A DNA stretch of 64,000 bases, from NCBI RefSeq assembly GCF_001194135.2, contig NC_068985.1, positions 21,328,266-21,392,265 of the forward strand, written 5' to 3'. A program made the translations under genes and the position numbers. This DNA comes from Octopus bimaculoides. Lineage: Eukaryota. Shown piece by piece: positions 27,593-39,892 of the stretch (its first letter is position 1; the number at the start of each line of letters is the position of its first letter). A model generated the notes under the pieces. It was not told where the DNA came from and did not search any database. It worked only from the letters and a program-made list of their open reading frames with translations.

Positions 27593-28769
27593 CTAATTCA
27601 AAATAGAATTAAGCACAAGTGAAGCAAGATATGTTACATCTTGTATTTGGTTTAATTTAGTCTTCTACCAAATTAACGCAAAAAGGAGGCCCTGAACAAC
27701 TGGTTGATGATTACATGAGATAAAGTAAAAAGCAGTATGAACAGTTGGGGGATAAGATCACCCAACTGAAGCTGGAGACTTTTTTTTTTAGAATTAGCCA
27801 AATGTTGTGCCACCAAGGAGCAAGTTAAGTGATTCTTCAGCAAAATCTTTAATGTCCGTTTAAGCTATCTGCTTGCTTTATCCATACATGTGATATTAAG
27901 ATTTTACTGACCTAGGAGATATCTTAGCATCATAAGAGGAACTTGTGAAGCTGCATATACTGCCGTATCTGTTAAAAAAAGCTGCTTTATAATTAGAGGT
28001 TATGTTACCACTTGTGTCTGAAGAGGGTACTTAATGTTGAAGCATAACCAGGAAGGTGGGTGAAAAGAAATTATAGTGATGTCAGTGTTAGAGGTGGGGT
28101 TCATGCCAGTGGTATGGCAGCAGACCTTTTCTATGAGAATGACCACTTAATGTTTTCAGCTAGCTATTGTCTCACTAAATACTCTTGATTTACTTTCCCA
28201 CTTATTCATAATTGTTTCCATTCTTCATATTAAAGTCAGTCGCTTAGATTCTTAAAATTCTTTTATACCATTAAAATCCTCCTGCAAAATGCCTTTCCCA
28301 ACTGCTATAAGTGAAATTAATTTGTTTATATTCAGTCATGTCTCAGCCCTTTTGTTGTGTCAGTTACCTTATTTAGCTCAAATCAATTATCAAATTGTCT
28401 CCAGCTAATTGTTTTGTTGTTTTGAATGTGACAGAAATAATTACCAGTATTATATTGAAGTTCAACAAATATCCACTTGGTTTTAGAACAACTAGCCTCT
28501 GGATAATTTCCTTTTGACAATTTCCCCAATTAAGAGAAAATTAAAAAGCACAATTAAGAGAGTGCGGCTAAATACTACTAGTTCTGATGATTTTATGTAA
28601 AAACATTATCCAATAAGATTTTATATTTTTATATCTCTCTCATTATACCATTAAAATTGCAAATTGTGAACTATATTCAAATACAGTAATTAATAATTAC
28701 ATTCAGTAAAACTGTCTAAAGAAATGAAGCTAGTATGATTCACTGGATGTGTAATGTTAGTGTGCATAC

Positions 28770-29422
28770 ACGACAGTGTCAGCACCCCGAGAGAAAAGTT
28801 GAACATAAGAAGCATCAGATGTGGTGTGCAAGAGAGATGACTGTGCTGGTATGGTCATGTGTTGTGTATGAATGAGGACAGCTGTGTGAAGAAGTGTCAT
28901 ACCCTAAGAGTGGCAGGAACCTGTGAAAGAGGTAGACCTAGGAAGACATGGGATGAGGTGGTGAAGCACAACCTTCAAACATTGGGCCCCACAGAGACAA
29001 TTACAAGCAACTGAGACCTTTTGGAGATATGCTGTGCTTGAGAAGACCTGGTAAGCCAAGTGAGATTGTAGCCATAGCCGATGCCAGTGTCGCATAACTG
29101 GCCTGTTTAAAAGTACCCCTTCAATTGTTGGGCAATGTGCTGTGCTTGAGAAGGTGACCCAGACCCTTGGTGATATACCATGCTTGAAAAGACCTATCAA
29201 GCCAAATGAAATTATAGTTGTGGCTGATGCCAGTGTCGCATCAGTGGCACATAAAAAGCACCCACTACACTCTTGGAGTGGTTGATGTTAGGAAGGGCAT
29301 CCAACCATAGAAACCTTGCCAAATCACATTGGAACCTGATGCAGCTCCTTGACTTACCAGTTTTCTGTCAAACCATCCAACCCATGCCAGAATGGAAAGC
29401 AGACATTAAATTATGATGATGA
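28770..29422 (+). mobile_element. RTE LINE 3' end (ORF terminus, 3' UTR, (GAT)n tail)
   Basis: WYGHVLCMNEDSCVKKCHTLRVAGTCERGRPRKTWDEVVKH motif, then a UTR ending acattaaattatgatgatgat. Confidence 0.85.
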
Positions 29423-30059
29423 TTTGATCTTAATTACAATTTAAATGTTAGTTAGTAATGTGTAAAACAAAACGTGTGTGTGTCAACTTCCCCCATCTTC
29501 ACATTGCAGCAAGAATTTCATCATGAAGAAGCCCAACATTTTCCTCTATAAAATGGTGTAAGCATTGAAGAACCAAGATTTAATTTTGACAGCAGACACC
29601 CAACAATCACTATATTAAAAATATATTAAATTTATCTGTATTTTTATATTTTTTTGATAAAATGCACGCTTAAATACTTTACTATTGTAAAGAACCTAGT
29701 ATCTTCAAACATGTTTTACTTTTCTTTTCATGCATCCATCTATTTGGCTTGATTTCTTTTCAATATTACAAAAGACTCTTCGACTAACCACATAGTACAA
29801 CCTTCTATGATAGTAATGAAATTCTTTCTTTGCATAACTTCTCAAATATTTCAGTCATAACTTCCCCTCAACATAGAATATTTCAAAATGCAGTGTCTAC
29901 TCTAATTAATAATTGTAATAACAGCTATTCATCTGATAAGAGATCCTTTCACTTACAATTAGTAAACAGAATGAAATAATTTTCTGCACTTCACATCTTA
30001 TATTCCCAACATTTTTTTCTACAGTTCAAGGACAGTGAGGTCAGAAAACATTTCATGTC

Positions 30060-30260
30060 ATATGTCAGTCAGAATTCACAGTCTGGTGAGCATTGAGAAA
30101 ACTAAGAGTAGAAGAATGGCTTGTGACGATGATTCAAGCTATGCACAGGAGTGATGTTAGCCAAGTTGGCAGTGATTTCAGTAAAGAATTATTGTACAAT
30201 AAGAGGAATGAGTGCAGAGCCTTCACTCCTCTAGCATTCATTCTAGTTTTCATTAAGCTC
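30060..30260 (+). mobile_element. RTE LINE reverse transcriptase fragment
   Basis: LRKLRVEEWLVTMIQAMHRSDVSQVG...FTPLAFILV resembles the RTE RT segment RKLGVEEWLVRAVQAMY...SPLLFIIV. Confidence 0.7.
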
Positions 30261-31339
30261 AGGAGTTCAGGTGTGGTTGTCTTTAAGAACATTTATACAC
30301 TGACAAATTTTACTGCATAAGTATGGCTGTGTAATTAAGAAGCTTGCTTTGCAACCTAGTGGTCCCAGAATTGATCCTACTGTGTGACACCTTTAGCAAA
30401 TATCTTCTGTCATAGCCTCAGGTTGATCAAATCTTTGTGAGTTATATTTGGTAGAGGTAAACTGTGTGGAAGCCTATGAGAGGGGCCATTCCTATTCTTG
30501 GGGGGGGCCTTTGGTGGAGTCCTCCTGTTGTAAGCATTTGTGTTAGATCTCTAGTCTGAGGATACCTTCTTTACACCAATCTCAATGTTGCCGTCCTTTG
30601 ATGTGACTATAGCAAAAATAGAAGGCTTAAACTTGAAAAAATACTCAAGTCAAAAAGTCAAAGTTCAACATTGGCTTTGCTCAGTGGGCAGAACAATAAC
30701 TCAGTTCTTTTTATATCATGTAAAGAACAGATTCACAAAAATTAGTTGAATCTCTGGCAAATATTGAAAAAGAACAAACGCCTCTAATTCACCAGATGTA
30801 TAGTAATACCTAACTGTAAGTACATCCTTAAAATGACATCCATATATTGTCCAATGGCTAAGACACTATGTGGTATCTTAACAGAGTTTATCTTGTTATC
30901 TAGGTGACCTAATTAGCACTGAATGTGGTTGTAGAGACTAATATAGCAATGGGAGATATTTAAGGAACTGTTGTCACTATTTGGCAACAAAGAAATTCTC
31001 TCTTACTTTCTTTATCTCTCTCTCTCTCTCTCACTCTCTCTCTCTTTCTCTCACTCGCTCACTCACTCACTCACTCTCTCAGATGGTTAGATTTTAAGAA
31101 CCATGTGTAGAAAATTAATGCTGCGTGGGAGTGACACATTGGCATTGAACCTAGAAATGAGGTGAGTATGAGCTGTTGTATGTACAACTTGCATGATGGC
31201 TGAATTACAAGGGTGCTAACAAAGAGTCCAGATATTAACAACACCAATATACATGCACAGGGAAAAAATAACTATAGCAGAAAAAAAAACTAAAAAATGA
31301 TAGATGTTGGGCCTCAAATATGATAACATAGTATCACAA

Positions 31340-31500
31340 TAACAAATTTGTCGTGTTATACAGCTGAACTTGTCCAAACCATTGGACATTAAAAGGAGGA
31401 TGGTAATATGTTTCTGCTTTACGCTGATGATATTCATATAGGCTTTTATTCTTTTACTAATTTCAGTAATTGGACTGTGACCATAAAGTGGCACTGCTTT
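31340..31500 (+). mobile_element. Non-LTR reverse transcriptase relic
   Basis: NLSCYTAELVQTIGH*KEDGNMFLLYADDI contains a YADD motif in RT-like context. Confidence 0.4.
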
Positions 31501-31593
31501 CAAGTCATATCAACCTTTCCTAAATTTTTTTCAAGTTATCAAACCACTTTGTTATAGAACATAAAATGGACAAAATAAACAACACAGATTTCT

Positions 31594-31638
<45 letters not shown>

Positions 31639-31999
31639 NNNNNNNNNNAATTTGAACTCAGAATGTAAAGACAGACAAAATACCGCTAAGCATTTCACCT
31701 GGCATGCTAACATTTCTGCCAGCTCACCACCTTAACACAAGCATATTACAAGCTTTTATTCAGCTTCCATATACCAAATTCCATTTACAAGATATTGGTC
31801 AGCCCCAGATTATAGCAGAAGACACTAATCCAAGGCCATGTAGTTTGATCCAACCCAGAATAATATAATTGCAAAAAATACACTCAAAAACTATTCCATG
31901 TTAGAGACTAGGCTGTCTTTGAAAATGTGATTGTGCAAATGAGTCGGTAGAAAGACTAAAGGGAAAATAGAAGATAATAGAAGAATCAGACATTATAAG

Positions 32000-32354
32000 T
32001 GTAGCATAATATGTACATTATTTACATTTGACGGATATTTGTCCTCATCTTGTTTGTTGTTAACACAACGTTTCAGCTAACATACTCTCCAGCCTTCATC
32101 AGGTGTCTTGGGGAAATTTCGAACCTGGGTTCTCATTCCTAAGCTATTTTTTCAATGTTATTATTATTCAGGTCACTGCCTGGGATCAAACTAGGAATCT
32201 TGGGGTTAGTAGCCTGCGCTCTTAACCACTACACCATATGCCTGTGGCCGAAACTTTGTGTTAACAACAAACAAGATGAGGACAAATATCCGTCAAATGT
32301 AAATAATGTACATAATTCCTCATCTCTTAAATCTAGAACTGTAGCATAATATGT
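32000..32354 (-). mobile_element. tRNA-headed short element with hammerhead ribozyme and inverted duplicated tail (Penelope-like insertion architecture)
   Basis: tRNA-like head 32242-32171 (A box TGGTGTAGTGG, B box AGTTTGATCCC); HHR; tail repeated in inverted orientation at ~32246-32339; 15-bp direct repeat tgtagcataatatgt at 32000-32014 and 32340-32354. Confidence 0.8.
32062..32107 (-). ncRNA. Minimal type I hammerhead ribozyme, core intact
   Basis: GACAC-CUGAUGA-AGGCUG(GAGAGUAUGU)UAGCU-GAAA-CGUU^GUGUU: stem I GACAC/GUGUU, stem II GGCUG/UAGCU, palindromic ACGU stem III; predicted GUU cleavage between 32067 and 32066. Confidence 0.8.
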
Positions 32355-33130
32355 TAACTGATGTTGTTTTGGAGTAAGATAAGTCTGAGAATAAAAGACC
32401 ATTCAATGGTTTCAGAAAAATATTTCATTGAATGAAATTTAATGGGGTTTTTTTTTGGTTTTTTTTAGTTTTTAATTTCAACTTATAAAGTAATCAACCT
32501 TAATGAAGTTAATTGAAAAGTGAAAATATATTTAAAGGCTTTACAAAACTATTTCCTTCTCACTATTCACATCTTTCACCAAAACGTTCTCTTTTAATTA
32601 TTTTATCTTCTGTTTCCATACCTGATAGTCTTCTCATTAATACACCGAGTTGTCAACAAATTATTTCTTGATTTGTTTTCCATACTTTAGAGTAACAAGC
32701 CTTTTCTGTTTTTTCCTCTCTCACTTGGTTTATACAGTTTGTCTAAATCATTACCTTTTATTGTAAATTTTACTCATGGTAATTCAATCTTGCCTATCTA
32801 GCTGTATATACATTTCATTAAACTAATTCTTCTATGGTTACTGGTTCGTCATTTACCTTCATTTTCAGGGCTTCACCATATCTTGTATGATTGTGTCACC
32901 TTGTCTTGACATAGCATGATAGTTGTAAATGAATTCATTTTCAATAGTTTGCAATAGCATAGTTGCCCATGAATAAATATTACCTTGCTTGGAAACAGGT
33001 ACGGGTTGGCAACAGGAAGGGTACCTGGCTATGAAAATTCTGCTCCCTCCATTCTGCATTGTTTCTTCTTTCTGTATGTATTTGTGTGTGTGCGTGCGTG
33101 CGAGATAGATAGACAGACACACAGGTTATG

Positions 33131-33885
33131 TCATAAGAATTAAGAAATTTTGAGAGACATGAAATAAATCATTATTAAAAGTGGAACTCAACTCAAAACA
33201 GATTAAGCTATGAGTTATCACATGTAAATATTTGGCCTTTAACTTTTTCTATCCAAGGGTATTTTTGTCGGGTTTTTTTTAACCCAATATTTACACACTA
33301 TTAGTTATAGCTTAATCAGCTTTGAGCTCCACCATTAAAATCTACATAATTTGATTAAACAGTTCCAAGAAACAACAAGTCTTCCTAACAGCTACTTAAA
33401 CTGCTTTCTTTTGATTTGAAAATTATGCAGTGGCTGTTTTCAGAGGATCATTGGGAAAAAATCTATTGAAATATGCAAATACCTCTTGGTTCAATGTTTC
33501 TACGATATAAACCGCTTCATAAAAGTTTTTGATAATGTTGGTTAAACAAAACTTACAGATAATGGAAAGAGTATAAAAAAGAAAGATACTTGAAGAAACA
33601 AATGGATTCTTAATTTCTATTAATAATTTACTACGTGATAAAGAATAAATAGTTCAAGAGGCGCTTGCTTGAATACTTTCTGTAATATTATATAATAAAT
33701 CCCATTTTTATTTGTTTATTTTATTATGATCTATCTTTTATATATCTATATATATATATATATATATACATACCATTGGATATAAGAAGTTAAAGGCCAA
33801 AATATTTACTTGATCTGTTTTGAGTTGAGTTCCACTTTTAAAAATGATTTACTTCATGTCTCTCAAAATTTTTTAATTCTTATGA
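33131..33885. mobile_element. Non-autonomous element with ~115-128-bp terminal inverted repeats
   Basis: 33131-33258 matches the reverse complement of 33771-33885, with a ~14-nt indel; no ORF; no clear TSD. Confidence 0.7.
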
Positions 33886-33949
33886 AATGATATATATCTA
33901 TATCTCTCTATCTATCTATGATTTTTATTTATATATATATATACACGTA

Positions 33950-34207
33950 TATATATGTGGCATGTAAAATACACCATTTTAGCATTGCCGTTGCCAGTAC
34001 TGCCTGACTGGCCTTCGTGCCGGTGGCATGTAAAAGCACCCACTACACTCTGAGTGGCTGGTGTTAGGAAGGGCATCCAGCTGTAGAAACTCTGCCAAAT
34101 CAGATTGGAGCCTGATGTAGCCACCTGGTTCACCAGTCCTCAGTCAAATTGTCCAACCCATGCTAGCATGGAAAGCGGACATTAAACAATGATGATGATG
34201 ACGATGA
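33950..34207 (+). mobile_element. RTE 3' UTR/tail fragment, young
   Basis: Ends gcatggaaagcggacattaaacaatgatgatgatg; CpGs retained. Confidence 0.8.
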
Positions 34208-34243
34208 TATACATACACACACACACATATATATACACACACA

Positions 34244-34840
34244 NNNNNNNNNNNNNNNNNNNNNNNNNNNNNNNNNNNNNNNNNNNNNNNNNNNNNNNNN
34301 NNNNNNNNNNNNNNNNNNNNNNNNNNNNNNNNNNNNNNNNNNNNNNNNNNNNNNNNNNNNNNNNNNNNNNNNNNNNNNNNNNNNNNNNNNNNNNNNNNNN
34401 NNNNNNNNNNNNNNNNNNNNNNNNNNNNNNNNNNNNNNNNNNNNNNNNNNNNNNNNNNNNNNNNNNNNNNNNNNNNNNNNNNNNNNNNNNNNNNNNNNNN
34501 NNNNNNNNNNNNNNNNNNNNNNNNNNNNNNNNNNNNNNNNNNNNNNNNNNNNNNNNNNNNNNNNNNNNNNNNNNNNNNNNNNNNNNNNNNNNNNNNNNNN
34601 NNNNNNNNNNNNNNNNNNNNNNNNNNNNNNNNNNNNNNNNNNNNNNNNNNNNNNNNNNNNNNNNNNNNNNNNNNNNNNNNNNNNNNNNNNNNNNNNNNNN
34701 NNNNNNNNNNNNNNNNNNNNNNNNNNNNNNNNNNNNNNNNNNNNNNNNNNNNNNNNNNNNNNNNNNNNNNNNNNNNNNNNNNNNNNNNNNNNNNNNNNNN
34801 NNNNNNNNNNNNNNNNNNNNNNNNNNNNNNNNNNNNNNNN
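34244..34840. other. Assembly gap (largest); other N runs at 504-513, 25559-25701, 31639-31648, 41269-41278, 51140-51154, 53058-53067
   Basis: N runs, several flanked by microsatellites. Confidence 1.
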
Positions 34841-34876
<36 letters not shown>

Positions 34877-35699
34877 GAATTAAGAAAATAAAGTACTAGT
34901 CATGTACTGAGATTGATGGTATCAACTTAGCCTCTCCTCTCAAAATGGGGTTATCTTGTATCTTAAATCAGAAATCATCACATGATTACCAAAGTTTTAC
35001 TTGTTCTTTCTGTAAAAATGTGAATTGTTAAAAATTCTGACACTCATTTTTTCATGAGTTTTAAGAATGATTTTACCATTTGATAACTTCCTTGAATTAA
35101 CTGATCGATGGAAACATAATTCCTTTGATAACCTCGTGACTTTAGTGACATTAGTTCAAGGCTTTGATTAATTATTGATTGCATTTCTAAATTTTTAATT
35201 TCAATGTCTCTATAATTATTAAAATATCAAATATTTTGAGAAATTTTTGTGTCTCTAAATTTTTTAACATTTCTTGTTTCATATTGCAGGTGAGTTGTAC
35301 AGAAATGATTTTTTGGATTTTTTCATTTGTCGGGTAAGTTTATATATTCCCTACTTTTTATCAAGACCCAAAATATCAGAATAAAATATGTTTTAAAAGG
35401 AAGAAACTATTCTAGCTCATCATATTCACTACTTTTTTCCTTTTGCCCCAAAATGAAAGATGTCAGAAAGACCAGCATAAGGGATTTTATCGTTGAAGAA
35501 ATACTACTATATTCTGTCATAACATCAGTAGTTAGGTTTTTCTTGTGTGCTAAGGATTCCAAATTAATAAAATGGCAAGAAAAACTTATAAGTAAAAAAA
35601 AAAAAAATAGAGAAAATGTTTTTGTATTTTGTTTTATTTGAATTTTGCTAACGTTAATTATGTGATGGTTAACTGTTATTAACTAATTGAAATGGTATG

Positions 35700-36000
35700 A
35701 AGGCATGTGGCTTAGTGGTTAAGATATTTGGCTCATGATCATATGGTTGTGAGCTCAATTCCCAGTAATACATTGTGTCCTTGAGCAAGACACTTTATTT
35801 CATATTACTCCAGTCTACTCCGCTGTATTTCAAAGGACCAGCCTTGTCACATTCTGTATCATGCTGAATCTCCCTGAGAACTATATCAAGAGTATGCATG
35901 TCTGTGGAGTGCTCAGCCACTTGCACATTAATTTTATGAGCAGACTGTTCCATTGATCAGATCAACTGGAACACTCATCATCATAACCAATGGAGTGCCA
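35700..36000 (+). mobile_element. Second tRNA-derived SINE family
   Basis: tggcttagtggttaag A-box head, gtgtccttgagcaagacacttt body; distinct from family A. Confidence 0.65.
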
Positions 36001-37230
36001 GCAGTAATTGAAATAGTAAGGTCCAAGGGAACTATTGGTAGTCTGCATTGGAAATAGTTCAAACAAACAGCTCATATGGTGACTTAATTAGCTTGCTGTA
36101 AAGAAAGGAAGAGGTTTGATGCTTTGATCAGAGCTCTTCACAGAAGGAATGAGTTCCACTCAAAATATCAGTTGTCTCCTCTTCCTCATTCTACTTGGTA
36201 GTTATTAGCTGATATTTGAAGTGTCTATGTATCACATTATCCTTTTTTTTTTTCTTTCTTTTTGTTTTTCTAATCATGATGTTTGGTCTTTGTCATAAAA
36301 AAAGATGTATTCATTTAAAGATCTAGAATTGTACTGCATATTTTTGTGCTATTAATATGAAGGAATAAATTCTTCTTAACTACTTCTGCAAACAGTGAAA
36401 GTTGAGCATTACTTGTTTGTTTGTTTTTTTTTTGTTTTTTTTTTTCTAAAAATATATCATTCTGTATTTCTAGTGAAGAACTGGCAATGTGAATAAATTA
36501 TTAGATTCTTTTTTTCTCATATTTTGCCATAGGCTCCTAAATATTACCTGTCTCAAATTTATCTAGCTGAAACTTTAGTTCCAGTTTCAAAGAGAAAGTA
36601 ATTTCTCTTGAGATTATATCCTGCTTAATTAAAATCTAAGTTCTTGCTGAAATCAAAACTAAGTACCAATCTTATGAGACTTCTAGCATGTTGTAAGTTC
36701 CATGCATGCTTATATACAACTTTCAAGCAATAAATTCAGATTTTTAAATTAAAACCTATTATGAAATAATTTCTAACAAAACTTAACAGCAATGGAGAAG
36801 GTGAAGTTAGACATTTCATAGCAAAATTGATCAATGAAGAATATTTTTGATTTAAGACAGCGTAGAAACACAAAGAAAGCAATGCTTTTAATTAAACATG
36901 AAACTGAAGTAAAGCTCCCAAATATCAATTTATTTATTATTTTCATTTAATATAATGAGTTTTCCTCTAGGATTTACTGTAATATTTCAACATTTAAGTG
37001 GAGATCACAAACATTTTTTTTTTCTCCTTTTATCTCTATAATATCAATTTCTAGATATGTAAGTTAGAACTGAAAACCATTAACACTTTTATTACATGTG
37101 AGTACATATTAAATGTATTCTCTTGTCGGTTACATTTGTCTGGTACTTTTCTATACATGACATTTTCCTGTGCAATTTTTTTCTGTAACATTCTTCTGTT
37201 ATCTGATACTGAGAATTATTCCTTATTTTT

Positions 37231-37382
37231 TTATTCATACATGCAGCAGGTCTGCAAAAGCCCAACTAAATACTGCAGTATTATGGCTGCCAGTAGACTT
37301 AGAATGCTCACTTGTTGTACTTGTTGGCTAGAGGTCTGTCTTGGTGTTATTGCACTCTGCTCAGTCTTCACCTCAGCAGTAT
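37231..37382 (-). CDS. Orphan secreted/membrane-anchored protein, last coding exon 5 (DTAEVKTEQSAITPRQTSSQQVQQVSILSLLAAIILQYLVGLLQTCCMYE*)
   Basis: Strong acceptor tttctttttctattgctag, phase 1 matching exon 4; S/T/Q stalk then hydrophobic tail; AATAAA overlaps the stop, another near 37090. Confidence 0.7.
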
Positions 37383-38216
37383 CTAGCAATAGAAAAAGAA
37401 ATTGCTCTTCTAAGGTCAACAATAGAATCATTATGTCAAGAAAATACATATATATTTATCTATTTATTTATTTATTTATGTGTTTCAGCCAAGTGGCTGC
37501 AGTCTTTTTTTTTTTTTTTTCATGAATATAGAAACAGATTAAAATATTTCTAACTCCTTATCTTTGCTTAAGTCTGTTTGATTTTTGTTTGCATTTATTC
37601 CTTTTATAAAGGTTCCCAATTATGAATTGGCAATTTTAGTTATCAACTCATCTATAGTAAAATTTAGGAAAGTACTTACTGTATGTAATAGTTTAAAAGC
37701 TACCAGCAGATAGTATTATTTCATTTCTCACAGGGTTTATAGAAATAATCATTGGATTTTGCTTGGACTGTATTATATTAAATCTCTGCTTTTATATTCA
37801 CAGTATGTTTTGAGCTAAGAATAGAGATCTAAATAAGCACATGATATCCCCTAACAGCCAGTTAGGAGATAATCATTTCTTCATAATATTTGGTGGGTTT
37901 TGAAGTTTGAATTTGAAATTAAAGAAAAAGGATGCATAAAATAGACTTTTTTATTGCTTATGTTTGTGTACACCCCCACACATCAAGTCAATTGTTTTAA
38001 TCAATTAATCTAATTTTTCAGTACCTTTCATTGTTTTTTTTACAAATGTTTCTATATAGAAAGTTACTGCAGGGGAATCAAGCAATGGCTACAGCCCTAC
38101 TTCCACTGATGATGGTTAAGAAGCCAGAAACTTTTGAAGTTATTTCCCTTCCTTCCTCAGCCTAAGAATAATGTTAATTAATCCTTAACATATTTTTTTC
38201 TAGTTCTCATGTGTAA

Positions 38217-38432
38217 CCCTTTAGCATTCAAATTATTTTGTCAAATGTAATGGTTATTTATTCACATTATTTTGAATTAATTATGTATCATCCCATAGCT
38301 TTGAAGTTTCAATGATGTAATGGTTTAGTTTTAGAATGTAGGATAGGTATGTGACAGGTTGGATCTTGCTGGTTTGAACATAAAACAGATAAAGTATTTG
38401 GGCCAGATATGGCCAGTTTAAATGCGAAAGGG
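38217..38432. mobile_element. piggyBac-type MITE
   Basis: TIR ccctttagcattcaaa / tttaaatgcgaaaggg; degraded TTAA flanks (gtaa/ctaa); homologous to 41526-41730. Confidence 0.65.
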
Positions 38433-38615
38433 CTAACCCTATTATTTCTGATGTTGAAAACATTGGAAATAATCAAACCCTCTTTGTTATTATAAAGACA
38501 TGCAGTCAGTGCTTCTTTATAAAGTTCTTCATTTAAAATTTTTCTTGTCCTGCATATTCTTACATTACCATTCTTAACCATCTACATAAATTCTGCTTTG
38601 CCTAAATATCATCTA

Positions 38616-39892
38616 TTGGGTCATCCCATAAATAATGCAGTTTTTTTTTTCAATTGCATGAACTAAAAGTTGGAGGGGGCAGGAAAAACTACCTGCTTCA
38701 ACCTACTATAAAAGCAAGTAGTAATTTTACTTTGTACTTATTCTTAGTGCAAGTTTTGAAGAGTACAGTTCGATTTTAACAGTTATTTTTCAAAGCTATA
38801 ATGGAAGTGACAGGGGCGCGTATTCGGCATATTTTGCTTTATGAGTTCAATAAAGGTAACAATGCAATGGAAAGTGCAAGGAATATTAATGCAGTATGTG
38901 GTGATCAGACAATAAGTATAAGCCAGTGTCAACAGTGGTTCCAGAAATTCCGAGCCGGAAACTACAGCCTAGAAGACAAGCCTCATTCTGGAAGATCTGT
39001 ACAGCTTCATGAGGACGTCCTGCAAACCCTAGTGGAACAAAATCCCATTGTAACTGTTGAGGAACTAGTAGAAAAGCTTGGATTTGGTCATTCGCCCATT
39101 CATCAACACCTGTGTGCCATCAGAAAAGTCAGCAAATTGGGTCAATGGGTTCCTCATAAACTTTCCAAGTCTAATCATGTGCAAAGAGTGAATATGTGCT
39201 CTTCTTTGCTGTCACATCTCATGAATGAACCTTATTTGGCCCAAATAGTGACTGGTAACGAAAAGTGGATTCTCTATAAAAATGTTCAGTGCCAAAGACA
39301 GTGGGTAGGGGAAGGAGAAACGCTTGCACTGCAGACTAAAGGTCTTCACCCACATAGGATGTTGTGATCTGTTTGGTGAGATAAGAAAGGTTTAGTCTAC
39401 TTTGAACTTTTGAACCCAAACCAAACAATAACAAAGGAGATCTACTGTGAGCAGCTTGAGTGGCTTAAGTCAGCACTTAAATGACCATCTTTGGTTTCAA
39501 GACAAAAGGTATTCTTCTATCAGGATAATGCTCGGCCACATACAGCAAGGATGACATTTCAAAGGCTGGAGCAATTTGAATAGGAAACGATGCCCCACCC
39601 ACCATATTCACTGGACATTGCCCCATCTGATTATCATTTATTCCACAGTCTTCAAAATCATTTGAACAGAAAAAATATGAATTCTGTAGATGAGGTCAGA
39701 ACAGTACAGGAGGAGTATTTTTCATCACAGACAAGTGAAATTTGGAAGAAGGGCCTTGCAAATCTACCAGATAGATGGAAGAGAATTGTAGAAAATGAAG
39801 GAGAGTATATTTTAGATTTTAAAAAAACTTTATCTTACTTTTGAAAAATAAAAGAGGTATAAAAAAAACACATTATTTATGGGATGACCCAA
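38616..39892 (+). mobile_element. Full-length mariner transposon (1277 bp)
   Basis: TIR ttgggtcatcccataaataatg / cattatttatgggatgacccaa with TA TSD on both sides. Confidence 0.95.
38801..39844 (+). pseudogene. Mariner transposase pseudogene (DD34D)
   Basis: WVPHKL, TGNEKW (first catalytic D to N), QDNARPH and YSLDIAPSDYHLF with 34-aa spacing; one reading frame with four in-frame stops. Confidence 0.92.

Noticed and set aside
31083-31161. + strand pseudo-exon with (CT)n-derived acceptor and GTGAGT donor
   Set aside because: Stops in all three frames from the acceptor; the acceptor derives from a microsatellite
32171-32242. Genuine tRNA gene
   Set aside because: Acceptor and anticodon stems pair poorly and it is fused to a repeat body; it is a SINE head
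34189-34878. 229-aa ORF
   Set aside because: Almost entirely N gap
37136-37553. + strand ORFs of 129 and 70 aa
   Set aside because: Antisense shadows of the better-supported - strand terminal exon
37734-37802. + strand exon-like segment VYRNNHWILLGLYYIKSLLLYS containing RNNH
   Set aside because: Only 4 residues match MINDY FFRNNHF; context, length and end phase do not fit the MINDY exon
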